Made by a program: the position numbers and the translations under genes. The notes beneath the pieces were generated by a model. That model was not told the DNA's origin, searched no databases, and saw nothing but the letters and a program-made list of their open reading frames with translations. 64,000 nt of DNA from Flavobacteriales bacterium (GTDB taxonomy: Bacteria > Bacteroidota > Bacteroidia > Flavobacteriales > BACL11). Within the stretch, counting starts at the first letter, position 1. Every line of letters starts with the position of its first letter. Below, piece after piece: positions 41,248-49,900 of the stretch. The stretch spans positions 5,291 through 69,290 of the forward strand of contig JABGVU010000099.1 of the NCBI GenBank assembly GCA_018645865.1. The letters are read 5' to 3'.

Positions 41248-41493
41248 ATGAAAGCAGGAATTATAGGCTTAGGATATGTTGCCTTAGTTGCTGCTGCTTG
41301 TTTTACTTTAATGGACAATGATGTAGATCATGGAAAAATAGATAAATTAAAATTGGGTGTTATCCCAGTTTATGAGCCCGGATTATCAACTTTAGTAAAA
41401 GAAAATTTATTTATTGATGGTAGAAATCAGTTTAGAACAGATTTTATTGAAAGTAAAGGGTTCAAATATGTGCAGATAGGCGTTAAAGAATAG
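41248..41493 (+). pseudogene. ugd: Relic of UDP-glucose/GDP-mannose 6-dehydrogenase: N-terminal Rossmann segment fused in frame to the extreme C-terminus
   Basis: MKAGIIGLGYVALV...KIDKLKLGVIPVYEPGL matches the family N-terminus, and FIDGRNQF...GFKYVQIGV matches the family C-terminus. About 350 aa of catalytic core are missing. The glycine motif GYVGL has also changed to GYVAL. Confidence 0.65.
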
Positions 41494-41498
41494 ATTAT

Positions 41499-42791
41499 AT
41501 GTCTATCAAAAGCATATTTTCATTAAAGTCTGTTACAGATTTTCTTTATATGTTTTTCTCAACCCTAGTTAAAAAAAGCCTTGGTTTTTTAAGGGAAATT
41601 ATACTAGCATTCTTTTTTGGTTCTTCAATTATATATGCAAATTATTTACTTCTTAAAACTGTTACTGATTTTTTCTCACAATTTACATTAGGCAATGCTT
41701 TACAAGCAAATCTTATGCCAAAATTTGCAAAATTGTATAGAAGAGAAGTCTCAGTAGACCTCTCAAATGTATTTGATTTCTCAAAATATTTCTCATTTAA
41801 ATTATTTCTGTTAAGTCAAATTATTCAAATCCCTTTAATGTTTTATATTAATCCTAAAGAAATAGGGTTATATCTTGTGTTATCAGTTTTATTAGGTGTT
41901 GTGATGAGTGTCAATTTCTTTAATTCAATCTTTTTAACCATTCTACAGGCAAAAGGGAGATTTAAACAGCACTCAGTTGCTACAACGTTTAATCTTTCTA
42001 TTTCAACTTTGTTACTTTATCCTTTTATATTACTTTTTAAGATTATACATGAGGCATTTGGTATTATAGGTGTTGTTTTAAGCAGATTAAGTGGAGTAAT
42101 AGCCTTGGCCTTAATTTATGTAAAACCGTTACTTGCTGAGAAAGGAGATGTTCGAGCAAGTTTATCGCTTAGTGATTTTAATTTCTCAATAATGATATTA
42201 GGGAATTTCGCAAATATTATCATGCTTTTGAGCAGATTTGTTGCGGGTGCTGATGGAAGTGAGAATATTGCATTCTACACTTACGCAATAGTATTCTTAA
42301 ATATTTTTCTTACAGCTGTTGTAATGAATATTAATACCTTGGTTATAAAAATAATTTCTGTCAAAAGAGATTATAAAATAATTTTACTCTCTGCATTAAT
42401 TTCTACCATTATAGGAGGGGTGTTTATTCTTGTTATTTCTTTGTTTAGTATTGAGATTATCTCTTTTACTTTTGAAAGAGGTGCTTTTACAGCTAGCGAT
42501 ACATTAATAACATCTAGCTATATAAAAGATATAAGTTGGAGTTTTATCTTTATATTTATTTCCTCAGCATTATTTCAACCGTATTTCACTTTACCTCAAT
42601 CTTATATTAAGAGAACAAGTAAATATTTAGCTAAACCATTTATTATTTCTGTTTTATTGCTACTGGGTTATTTTTATCTAAATAATCAGGGAGTAAGGCT
42701 TAATTCACTAGTTATGATTTATGTCCTTGCTTTTATTTCCTTTCTAATATCGATAATTGCTTTTATAAAATATTATAGATATGAAAATTAA
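41499..42791 (+). CDS. MurJ/MviN-like (MOP superfamily) oligosaccharide flippase, cassette A
   Basis: The N-terminus LGFLREIILAFFFGSS resembles the MurJ LGFVRDxxxAxxFG motif. It is a polytopic protein of 430 aa. Confidence 0.65.
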   Translation: MSIKSIFSLKSVTDFLYMFFSTLVKKSLGFLREIILAFFFGSSIIYANYLLLKTVTDFFSQFTLGNALQANLMPKFAKLYRREVSVDLSNVFDFSKYFSFKLFLLSQIIQIPLMFYINPKEIGLYLVLSVLLGVVMSVNFFNSIFLTILQAKGRFKQHSVATTFNLSISTLLLYPFILLFKIIHEAFGIIGVVLSRLSGVIALALIYVKPLLAEKGDVRASLSLSDFNFSIMILGNFANIIMLLSRFVAGADGSENIAFYTYAIVFLNIFLTAVVMNINTLVIKIISVKRDYKIILLSALISTIIGGVFILVISLFSIEIISFTFERGAFTASDTLITSSYIKDISWSFIFIFISSALFQPYFTLPQSYIKRTSKYLAKPFIISVLLLLGYFYLNNQGVRLNSLVMIYVLAFISFLISIIAFIKYYRYEN

Positions 42792-43968
42792 AAATATTTT
42801 TTCATGGATATATATATTGTTAGCTTGTGCAATGTTGGCAATAGGAAGGTTGTACGATGAAAGATTAGAGTTTCTTGGAATAAATCTATCGATAATTTTA
42901 AGTGTCTCTTTTTTACTGGTATCTATTCCTTTGCTTTTGTCAATTAAAAGAGTTAAACATTTTAATACCAAACGGTTATTCTATTATTTTTTGTCGATAA
43001 TAATAATCTTTCCACCAGTTTTATGCTTGTATTTTGATTATGATGATTTTGGATTTGAGAAATATTTTAATTTTATATTCATTGTTATTCCTCTTGTTAT
43101 TATTGTTATTGAAACATTTAAATATAATGATGTAAGAGTTTTTTTTAAGATTCTTTTAGGCTTTATTATTGCACTTTCTTTAATTGGTTTATTTGTTGTT
43201 TCAACTTCTTCTGATAGATTAAGCGTGTTAGGAGGTGGCCCAATTGTATTTGCTAGATGGATGAATATTGGGCTGATTATTTTATTTTTCATAAAGCCAA
43301 GCAGAATAAATAAGAAGAATATATTACTTATGTTATTTCTCTTAGTTCTTTCATTAGCAGCTGGTAGTAAAGGGCCTGTTTTATCTTTAGTAATTACCTT
43401 GGTAGTTTTTTTCTTTCTTAATTTCCAGAAGATATTTCTGCGAGTATTATTTTTTTCCTGTCTAATTGGATCGATTGTCTTCTTTTCAGGTATTAATACA
43501 TCAATATTAGGTATTGGTAAAACGGAAAGATTAGTAACAAAAGGTAATACATCTATAGATGCAAGGATGGTATTTGTTTCTCGCTCTGTTGATTTAATAT
43601 TACATTATCCGTTAGGTGTTGGACTAGGTAATTGGCAGGTTTATGCAAACAAAATAAAACCAACTCATTTATTAAAACATCAATATCCTCATAATTTAGT
43701 TTTAGAGATTTTTGCAGAATTAGGAATTATTTCAGGGATTCTATTTTTAATTCTACTTCTAAAAATCTTGTTTTATAATTATAAAAAGATGTATTTGAAT
43801 AAAAACAATGAACACTCCTTTTATCCTCTATTATTTTACTTGCAATTGTATTTAATGAGTAATTCATTTTTTAGTGGAAGTTTAAATGATTCTAGATTAC
43901 TTTTTGTAGTTATGGCTATGAGTTTAATTGAAACTTCATTGATATTAAAAGTAAAAAAGAATGTCTAA
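42781..43968 (+). CDS. O-antigen polymerase/ligase-family membrane protein (Wzy-like), cassette A
   Basis: It is a polytopic protein with a Wzy_C-like block, QYPHNLVLEIFAELGIISG. Confidence 0.65.
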   Translation: MKIKNIFSWIYILLACAMLAIGRLYDERLEFLGINLSIILSVSFLLVSIPLLLSIKRVKHFNTKRLFYYFLSIIIIFPPVLCLYFDYDDFGFEKYFNFIFIVIPLVIIVIETFKYNDVRVFFKILLGFIIALSLIGLFVVSTSSDRLSVLGGGPIVFARWMNIGLIILFFIKPSRINKKNILLMLFLLVLSLAAGSKGPVLSLVITLVVFFFLNFQKIFLRVLFFSCLIGSIVFFSGINTSILGIGKTERLVTKGNTSIDARMVFVSRSVDLILHYPLGVGLGNWQVYANKIKPTHLLKHQYPHNLVLEIFAELGIISGILFLILLLKILFYNYKKMYLNKNNEHSFYPLLFYLQLYLMSNSFFSGSLNDSRLLFVVMAMSLIETSLILKVKKNV

Positions 43969-44773
43969 TCAATGGAGAAAATATCAAGGAGTATTAGTTT
44001 CTGCAAAAGCGCCACATCAGGAGATTTTCACGCAGGGCCTTAATTCAGAAATAAAAAAGAATAATGCTTTTTTTGCAAGATGGATAACCAATTTTGATTG
44101 TAAAAAAGAATTAGATTTTTGGTATTTGATTCAAGATAAAAAGATGGAGATAAATGATTATAGTTCTAACACTAGAAATCAGATTAGAAAAGGTTTAAAA
44201 AATTTTGAGATTAGAAAGATAACTCTTGATAAAATGATTGAGAGTGCATACGTCATTTATAAAACAGTATTCCAGTTATATAATACTGCAAATAAGATTA
44301 AAAGTTTACAAGAATTTAATGATGATTTACTTCCCGCTTTTGATTATTGGGGAGTTTATAGAAACAATATGTTAGTAGGTTTTGCTCAAAATAGAGTGTT
44401 TGATGATTGTTGCGATTATTCAACTATTAAGATCTTACCAATTTATGCTAAGGAATATCCTTTTTACGCTTTATTTTATACTATGAATAATTATTATTTA
44501 GCAGAGCAGAAATTAAGATATGTAACTGATGGAACAAAAAGTATTTCTCATCAAACAAATATTCAGGAGTTCTTAGTCAAAAAATTTAAATTTAGAAAAG
44601 CTTATTGTTATTTGCATATTAAATATAACCCTTTTTTTGGTTTAATGGTAAGTTGTTTATTTCCTTTTCGAAAAATATTGTCAGTTTTTCATTTTTCTTT
44701 TATTAGAAACATAAATTCAATATTGTTGCAAGAGAAAATTAGAAGAAATTGTCAAAAAGAATTATTATGTTAA
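43961..44773 (+). CDS. Hypothetical protein, possibly a FemAB/GNAT-like acyl- or aminoacyl-transferase
   Basis: It is a soluble 270-aa ORF in an operon, overlapping its neighbour through ATGTCTAA. The resemblance to FemAB-like GNAT proteins (SSNTRNQIRKGLKNFEI block) is weak. The functional call is tentative. Confidence 0.35.
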   Translation: MSNQWRKYQGVLVSAKAPHQEIFTQGLNSEIKKNNAFFARWITNFDCKKELDFWYLIQDKKMEINDYSSNTRNQIRKGLKNFEIRKITLDKMIESAYVIYKTVFQLYNTANKIKSLQEFNDDLLPAFDYWGVYRNNMLVGFAQNRVFDDCCDYSTIKILPIYAKEYPFYALFYTMNNYYLAEQKLRYVTDGTKSISHQTNIQEFLVKKFKFRKAYCYLHIKYNPFFGLMVSCLFPFRKILSVFHFSFIRNINSILLQEKIRRNCQKELLC

Positions 44774-45555
44774 TAATCTGTAATGGTACTTTTAAATCTG
44801 GTTCTTCGTGGTTGCACGCAATTTTGTTAGAGATATTTAAAATTAAAAATATCCAAATTGATAGTATTCCTATAAAGTATAATCCAAATATTAAATCTCC
44901 AACTAGAATTTTAGAAGATAATCTTTCTAATTTTTTAAAAAATGAAGATTTTAAAAAGTTTAATTACATTACTAAAGCTCATTATTTTAGTAATAAAATA
45001 ATGCTTGAAAAATACTCAGATGATGTTAGATTTATATTTATAAATAGAGATGTCAAAGACGCAATAGTATCTCATTTTCATCATTTCAATAATTACAGAA
45101 AAAAAGATTTAAGTTTTAATATTTATTTTAAATTTATTGGTGTATTTAAAGCTTATGAAATAAGCTTGTTTAATTCTAGGTGTAAGAAAAATTTTGATTC
45201 AAGTTTGTTTTTTTCTTTTGAAATGTTAAAATCTGATTTCATCGATTCAATAAAGAAATTATGTTTGATTATAGGTGTTTCTGAAATTTCTATATCTGAA
45301 ATTTTGAAGATTAAAGAAAATACTTCATTAAGTAAATTGAAAACTATAGCATTAGAGGGGGGAAATAATTATTATCCGGAGTTAGGTAGTGGTAGTCATA
45401 AATTATTTAGAAAAGGCAATGTAGGAGATTGGAAAAAATATTTTATAGATAATGACTTAAAATTAATAAATAGAGTTATTCAGTTAGCCCCACCAGTGTA
45501 TGTTAAAATTGGATATTTTTTTATGTTTACTTTGAGAAGAAAATTTGGTTTATAA
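44767..45555 (+). CDS. PAPS-dependent sulfotransferase (Sulfotransfer_1 / SULT-like)
   Basis: It has the 5'-PSB loop TFKSGSSWL, the 3'-PB motif FINRDVKDAIVSHFHH and the C-terminal RKGNVGDWKKYF. Confidence 0.8.
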   Translation: MLIICNGTFKSGSSWLHAILLEIFKIKNIQIDSIPIKYNPNIKSPTRILEDNLSNFLKNEDFKKFNYITKAHYFSNKIMLEKYSDDVRFIFINRDVKDAIVSHFHHFNNYRKKDLSFNIYFKFIGVFKAYEISLFNSRCKKNFDSSLFFSFEMLKSDFIDSIKKLCLIIGVSEISISEILKIKENTSLSKLKTIALEGGNNYYPELGSGSHKLFRKGNVGDWKKYFIDNDLKLINRVIQLAPPVYVKIGYFFMFTLRRKFGL

Positions 45556-46304
45556 TGAATGATTTGATTTCCATAATAACACCTTATTATAATTCCTCAA
45601 AGTTCATTGAAGAGTGTGTTAATTCTGTTTTACTACAATCTTATTCTAACTGGGAATTATTAATAGTTGATGATTGTTCAAATGATAACTCTAAAGAATT
45701 GCTTCTTAATCTAGAAAAAAAGGATGAGCGAATTAAAATAACATTCTTGGATAATAATATTGGAGCTGCAAATGCTAGAAATATTGCGATTCAAAATGCT
45801 ACAGGAAAGTACATTGCATTCTTGGATTCAGACGATTTATGGGAGTCACAGAAATTAGATAAACAAATCTCATTTATGGTGCAAAATGACATTGCATTTT
45901 CATATACATCATACCAATCTATTTCAGAAGATAGATCAGATATTATAGATGTTATTAACGCTCCTGATAAGATGACTTATCATGATTATCTTAAAAACAC
46001 AATTATTGGTTGTTTAACGGTTGTTATTGATAGAGAAAAGATTGGGGATTTTGAAATGCCAAACATTAGTTCATCTCATGATATGGCTTTATGGTTGCTA
46101 ATAATGAAAAGAGGGTTTGATGCATATGGATTAAATGAAAATCTGGCAAAATATAGGATTGTTTCAACTTCTAATACTGCTAATAAATGGCGTGCAGCAA
46201 AGGATGTTTGGAAAGTCTATCGTCAATTTGAAAAGCTATCTTTTTTATATAGTGTTTGGTGCTTTTTAAATTATGCTTTTAATGCAATTATAAAACGAAT
46301 CTAA
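45555..46304 (+). CDS. Family 2 glycosyltransferase, cassette A
   Basis: It contains ISIITPYYNSSKFIEECVNSVLLQSY, LLIVDDCSND and a DSDD (DxD) motif. Confidence 0.85.
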   Translation: MNDLISIITPYYNSSKFIEECVNSVLLQSYSNWELLIVDDCSNDNSKELLLNLEKKDERIKITFLDNNIGAANARNIAIQNATGKYIAFLDSDDLWESQKLDKQISFMVQNDIAFSYTSYQSISEDRSDIIDVINAPDKMTYHDYLKNTIIGCLTVVIDREKIGDFEMPNISSSHDMALWLLIMKRGFDAYGLNENLAKYRIVSTSNTANKWRAAKDVWKVYRQFEKLSFLYSVWCFLNYAFNAIIKRI

Positions 46305-46888
46305 TGAAAAGATTATTTGATTTTAGCACATCATTAATTGGATTAATAGTTTTATTTCCTATTTTTATTATTGTATCTGTTTTGATTAAGATATATTCTG
46401 AAGGTCCTGTTTTTTTTGTTCAGAAAAGAATTGGGAGGAATGGTAAAATATTTCAAATGATAAAATTTAGATCTATGACTGTAATTCAAAGTTCTAATAG
46501 TACTATTTCTGTTAAAGGTGATATCAGAATTACAAAAATAGGTGCTTTTTTAAGAAAGTTCAAATTGGATGAACTTCCTGAGTTATGGAATGTATTAAAA
46601 GGTGATATGAGTCTTGTTGGACCTAGGCCTGATGTTTGTGGTTATGCAGATAATTTAATAGGAGAAGATAGAAAAATACTTGAGTTACGTCCTGGTATTA
46701 CTGGAGTTGCTAGTTTAAAATATTATGATGAAGAAAAAGTTTTAGCGACACAGGATAATCCACTTAAATTTAATGATGAAGTAATTTATCCTGATAAAGT
46801 AAGATTAAATCTTGATTATTACTATAATAATAACCTTTGGATTGACATTAAAATTATATTTGCCACTATATTTAGAGTGAATTATTGA
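46304..46888 (+). CDS. Small monotopic phosphoglycosyl transferase (PglC/WcfS-like initiating sugar transferase)
   Basis: It is 194 aa with a single N-terminal re-entrant helix. It carries KFRSM, DELPELWNVLKGDMSLVGPRP and RPGITG. Confidence 0.9.
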   Translation: MKRLFDFSTSLIGLIVLFPIFIIVSVLIKIYSEGPVFFVQKRIGRNGKIFQMIKFRSMTVIQSSNSTISVKGDIRITKIGAFLRKFKLDELPELWNVLKGDMSLVGPRPDVCGYADNLIGEDRKILELRPGITGVASLKYYDEEKVLATQDNPLKFNDEVIYPDKVRLNLDYYYNNNLWIDIKIIFATIFRVNY

Positions 46889-46889
46889 T

Positions 46890-48023
46890 TTGACTAATAA
46901 GAAGAAAATATGGTTGTCCTCTCCTCATATGGGGGGTAATGAGCTGAAGCATGTGCAAAATGCTTTTGAAGCAAATTGGATCGCTCCAGTTGGTCCTCAT
47001 ATTTCTAATTTTGAAAAAAAACTATCGACTCTTTCTAATGGTTTTGAGGTGGCTGCACTGAGTAGTGGTACGGCTTCCTTGCATTTAGCATTAATTTTAT
47101 TAGGTGTAAAAAAAAGAGATAGAGTATTATGTTCCTCATTTACTTTTTCAGCATCAGCAAACCCAATTGCATATGTAGGAGCAAATCCTGTCTTTATTGA
47201 TAGTGATATTGATAGTTGGAACATGTGTCCAATTTTATTAGAAAAAGCAATTGAGGATTGTATTTTGGATAATGAAAAGCCAAAAGCTATAATGTTAGTT
47301 CATCTTTTTGGGATGCCTGCTAAAATGGATGAAATAATGAAAATTGCTAATAAGTATGATATTCCTGTTATTGAAGATGCTGCTGAGGCTCTTGGATCAA
47401 CTTTTAAAAATAAACCACTAGGTACCTTCGGATCATTTGGTGTTTATTCATTTAATGGCAATAAAATTATCACAACTTCCTGCGGTGGGGCTTTAATTTG
47501 TAAAGATAAATATTTGGTTGAAAAAGCAAAATTCTTAGCCAGTCAGGCTCGTGATAATAAACCTCATTATGAACATTCTGAAATAGGCTATAATTATAGA
47601 ATGAGTAATGTTTGTGCCGCTATAGGTCTTGGGCAATTAGAGGTTTTAGAAGAAAGAATATTACAAAAGAGAGCAATTAAATTATTTTATAAAGATCAAT
47701 TGTCTTCTATTAAAGAAATTAGTTTTTTGAATGAAAATGAGGATAGTTATTCTAATTTCTGGCTGACCACTATTCTTTTGTCAGAAAATTCAACAATAGA
47801 TAGAGAACAATTGCGTTTACATCTGGAAAAAAATAATATTGAAAGTAGACCGCTTTGGAAGCCAATGCATTTACAGCCTGTTTTTAAAGAATGTAAATCT
47901 TATGTGAATGGTGTTTCGGAAGATTTATTTAATAGAGGATTGTGCTTACCTTCAGGAACCAATATCTCAGTAGCAGATTTGAAAAGAGTTGTGAGTAAAA
48001 TAAAAGAATTATATGAAGCTTAG
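46890..48023 (+). CDS. DegT/DnrJ/EryC1/StrS-family PLP aminotransferase (PglE/WcfR-like sugar 4-aminotransferase)
   Basis: It uses a TTG start. IWLSSPHMGGNE is at the N-terminus, and the PLP-lysine context is FNGNKIITTSCGGAL. Confidence 0.9.
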   Translation: MTNKKKIWLSSPHMGGNELKHVQNAFEANWIAPVGPHISNFEKKLSTLSNGFEVAALSSGTASLHLALILLGVKKRDRVLCSSFTFSASANPIAYVGANPVFIDSDIDSWNMCPILLEKAIEDCILDNEKPKAIMLVHLFGMPAKMDEIMKIANKYDIPVIEDAAEALGSTFKNKPLGTFGSFGVYSFNGNKIITTSCGGALICKDKYLVEKAKFLASQARDNKPHYEHSEIGYNYRMSNVCAAIGLGQLEVLEERILQKRAIKLFYKDQLSSIKEISFLNENEDSYSNFWLTTILLSENSTIDREQLRLHLEKNNIESRPLWKPMHLQPVFKECKSYVNGVSEDLFNRGLCLPSGTNISVADLKRVVSKIKELYEA

Positions 48024-49881
48024 ATTACAAAAATTAACGAGAATTTACAAGCAACTTGTTATGTTGTTGGTAGATGTTAGTGCTCTGCTATTTGGATTGT
48101 GGCTATCTTTTGTTTTACGATTAGGAGAACCATGGCCAGTGGATTATTTTTATGAATCATGGTGGATATTTATTTTAATTCCTTTAATCATGACTTCATT
48201 ATTTATTAAACTAGGTCTTTATAGGTCAGTATTACAATATATTGGCATAAAAGTAATCACTACTACTTTTCAAGCAACTACAATAGCCTTACTAATAGTT
48301 GTATTTTTTATATGGTTTTTTAGATTATCAGAAAAAGCAGAATTCTCACTCCCAATGTCGGTTCTTCCTATTTTCTGGTTTATAGTAAATATTTGTGTAA
48401 TTAGTACTAGGTTTCTACTTAAAGGTTATTTATATTCATGGGATAGCTTTGTGAATGCTAGAAAGCAAACAATAATTTATGGTGCTGGTAATGCTGGTAT
48501 ACAAATAGTAGAGAATTTAAAGAAAAGTACTATTTATGCACCAATTGCATTTATTGATGATGATAAATCAAGGCAAGGTACTATTTTAAATTCTTTGGAG
48601 GTTTTCGCTTTTGATAAAATTGAAAAATTAATAAAAATTAAGAAGGCAAAGGTTTTATTATTTGCTATGCCTTCAGCAACACATAAACAAAGGATTCAAA
48701 TACTTAAGAAGCTTACAAAATTCCCTATTGAAGTTAGAGTATTACCTTCAATAGATAATATAGTAAATGGTGTGGTTTCAATTGATAGCATTAAACATGT
48801 TGAGGTTTCTGATATTTTAGGTAGAAGTCCTGTTGCACCTAAAAAAAAGTTACTTGAAAGGAATATAACAGGAAAAAATCTTTTAATTACAGGAGCTGGT
48901 GGTAGTATTGGATCTGAATTGTCAAGACAAATTATTAACCTTTCTCCTGATAAGATTATATTACTTGATAACTCTGAATTTAATTTGTATAGGATTCATC
49001 AGGAGTTATCATTAATGTTAAAAAGTGTTAAAATTAAACCATCTTTATGTACTGTAACTAATTATCATCAGCTTAAAAAAATAATTAAGGAACATAATAT
49101 CAATACAATTTTTCATGCTGCGGCCTATAAGCATGTCCCTATGGTTGAGATGAATATTATTTCTGGGGTTTATAATAATATTATTGGAACTTATAATGTG
49201 GCTAGAGTTGCTGATGAATTAAAGGTAGATAATATGGTGTTGGTTTCTACTGATAAGGCTGTTCGCCCTACTAATGTAATGGGAGCTTCAAAGCGTTTTT
49301 CTGAACTTATTTTACAGGCTTTTTCTGTTAAAAGTAGTACTTGTTTCTCAATGGTAAGGTTTGGAAATGTGTTGGATTCTGCAGGTTCAGTTGTTCCACT
49401 ATTTCGAGAACAAATTAAGAGAGGAGGTCCGGTAACTGTAACTCACCGAAATATTTCTCGTTATTTTATGACAATTACTGAGGCTGTACAATTGGTTTTG
49501 CAAGCTGGTGCAATGGCGAAAGGGGGAGATGTTTTTGTTTTGGATATGGGTGAGCCCATTAAGATTATTGACTTGGCTTATAAAATGATACATTTAAGTG
49601 GATTAACTCCAGTTGATAACGAAAATCCTGATGGAGATATAAATATTGATTTTACAGGTTTACGCCCTGGAGAAAAATTATTTGAAGAACTACTGATTGG
49701 GAATGATGTCAGCCAATCAGAACATCCTAGAATTATGCAAGCAAAAGAATCTAAATTACGACTTGAAGAAGTGATTTCTTGTGTTGAAACAATCAAATTA
49801 GCTAGAGAAAACCAAGATGAAATAATTGTTAAGGAATTACTGTTGAAATATGTTGATGGTTATATTTCTGAATTGCTATAA
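48013..49881 (+). CDS. Membrane-anchored UDP-HexNAc 4,6-dehydratase (CapD/PglF/WbpM family)
   Basis: An N-terminal region of about 4 TM helices is followed by the Rossmann motif ITGAGGSIGSEL. The family motif VMGASKR is also present. Confidence 0.9.
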   Translation: MKLRLQKLTRIYKQLVMLLVDVSALLFGLWLSFVLRLGEPWPVDYFYESWWIFILIPLIMTSLFIKLGLYRSVLQYIGIKVITTTFQATTIALLIVVFFIWFFRLSEKAEFSLPMSVLPIFWFIVNICVISTRFLLKGYLYSWDSFVNARKQTIIYGAGNAGIQIVENLKKSTIYAPIAFIDDDKSRQGTILNSLEVFAFDKIEKLIKIKKAKVLLFAMPSATHKQRIQILKKLTKFPIEVRVLPSIDNIVNGVVSIDSIKHVEVSDILGRSPVAPKKKLLERNITGKNLLITGAGGSIGSELSRQIINLSPDKIILLDNSEFNLYRIHQELSLMLKSVKIKPSLCTVTNYHQLKKIIKEHNINTIFHAAAYKHVPMVEMNIISGVYNNIIGTYNVARVADELKVDNMVLVSTDKAVRPTNVMGASKRFSELILQAFSVKSSTCFSMVRFGNVLDSAGSVVPLFREQIKRGGPVTVTHRNISRYFMTITEAVQLVLQAGAMAKGGDVFVLDMGEPIKIIDLAYKMIHLSGLTPVDNENPDGDINIDFTGLRPGEKLFEELLIGNDVSQSEHPRIMQAKESKLRLEEVISCVETIKLARENQDEIIVKELLLKYVDGYISELL

Positions 49882-49900
49882 TAGTTGCTAAATTCGCATC

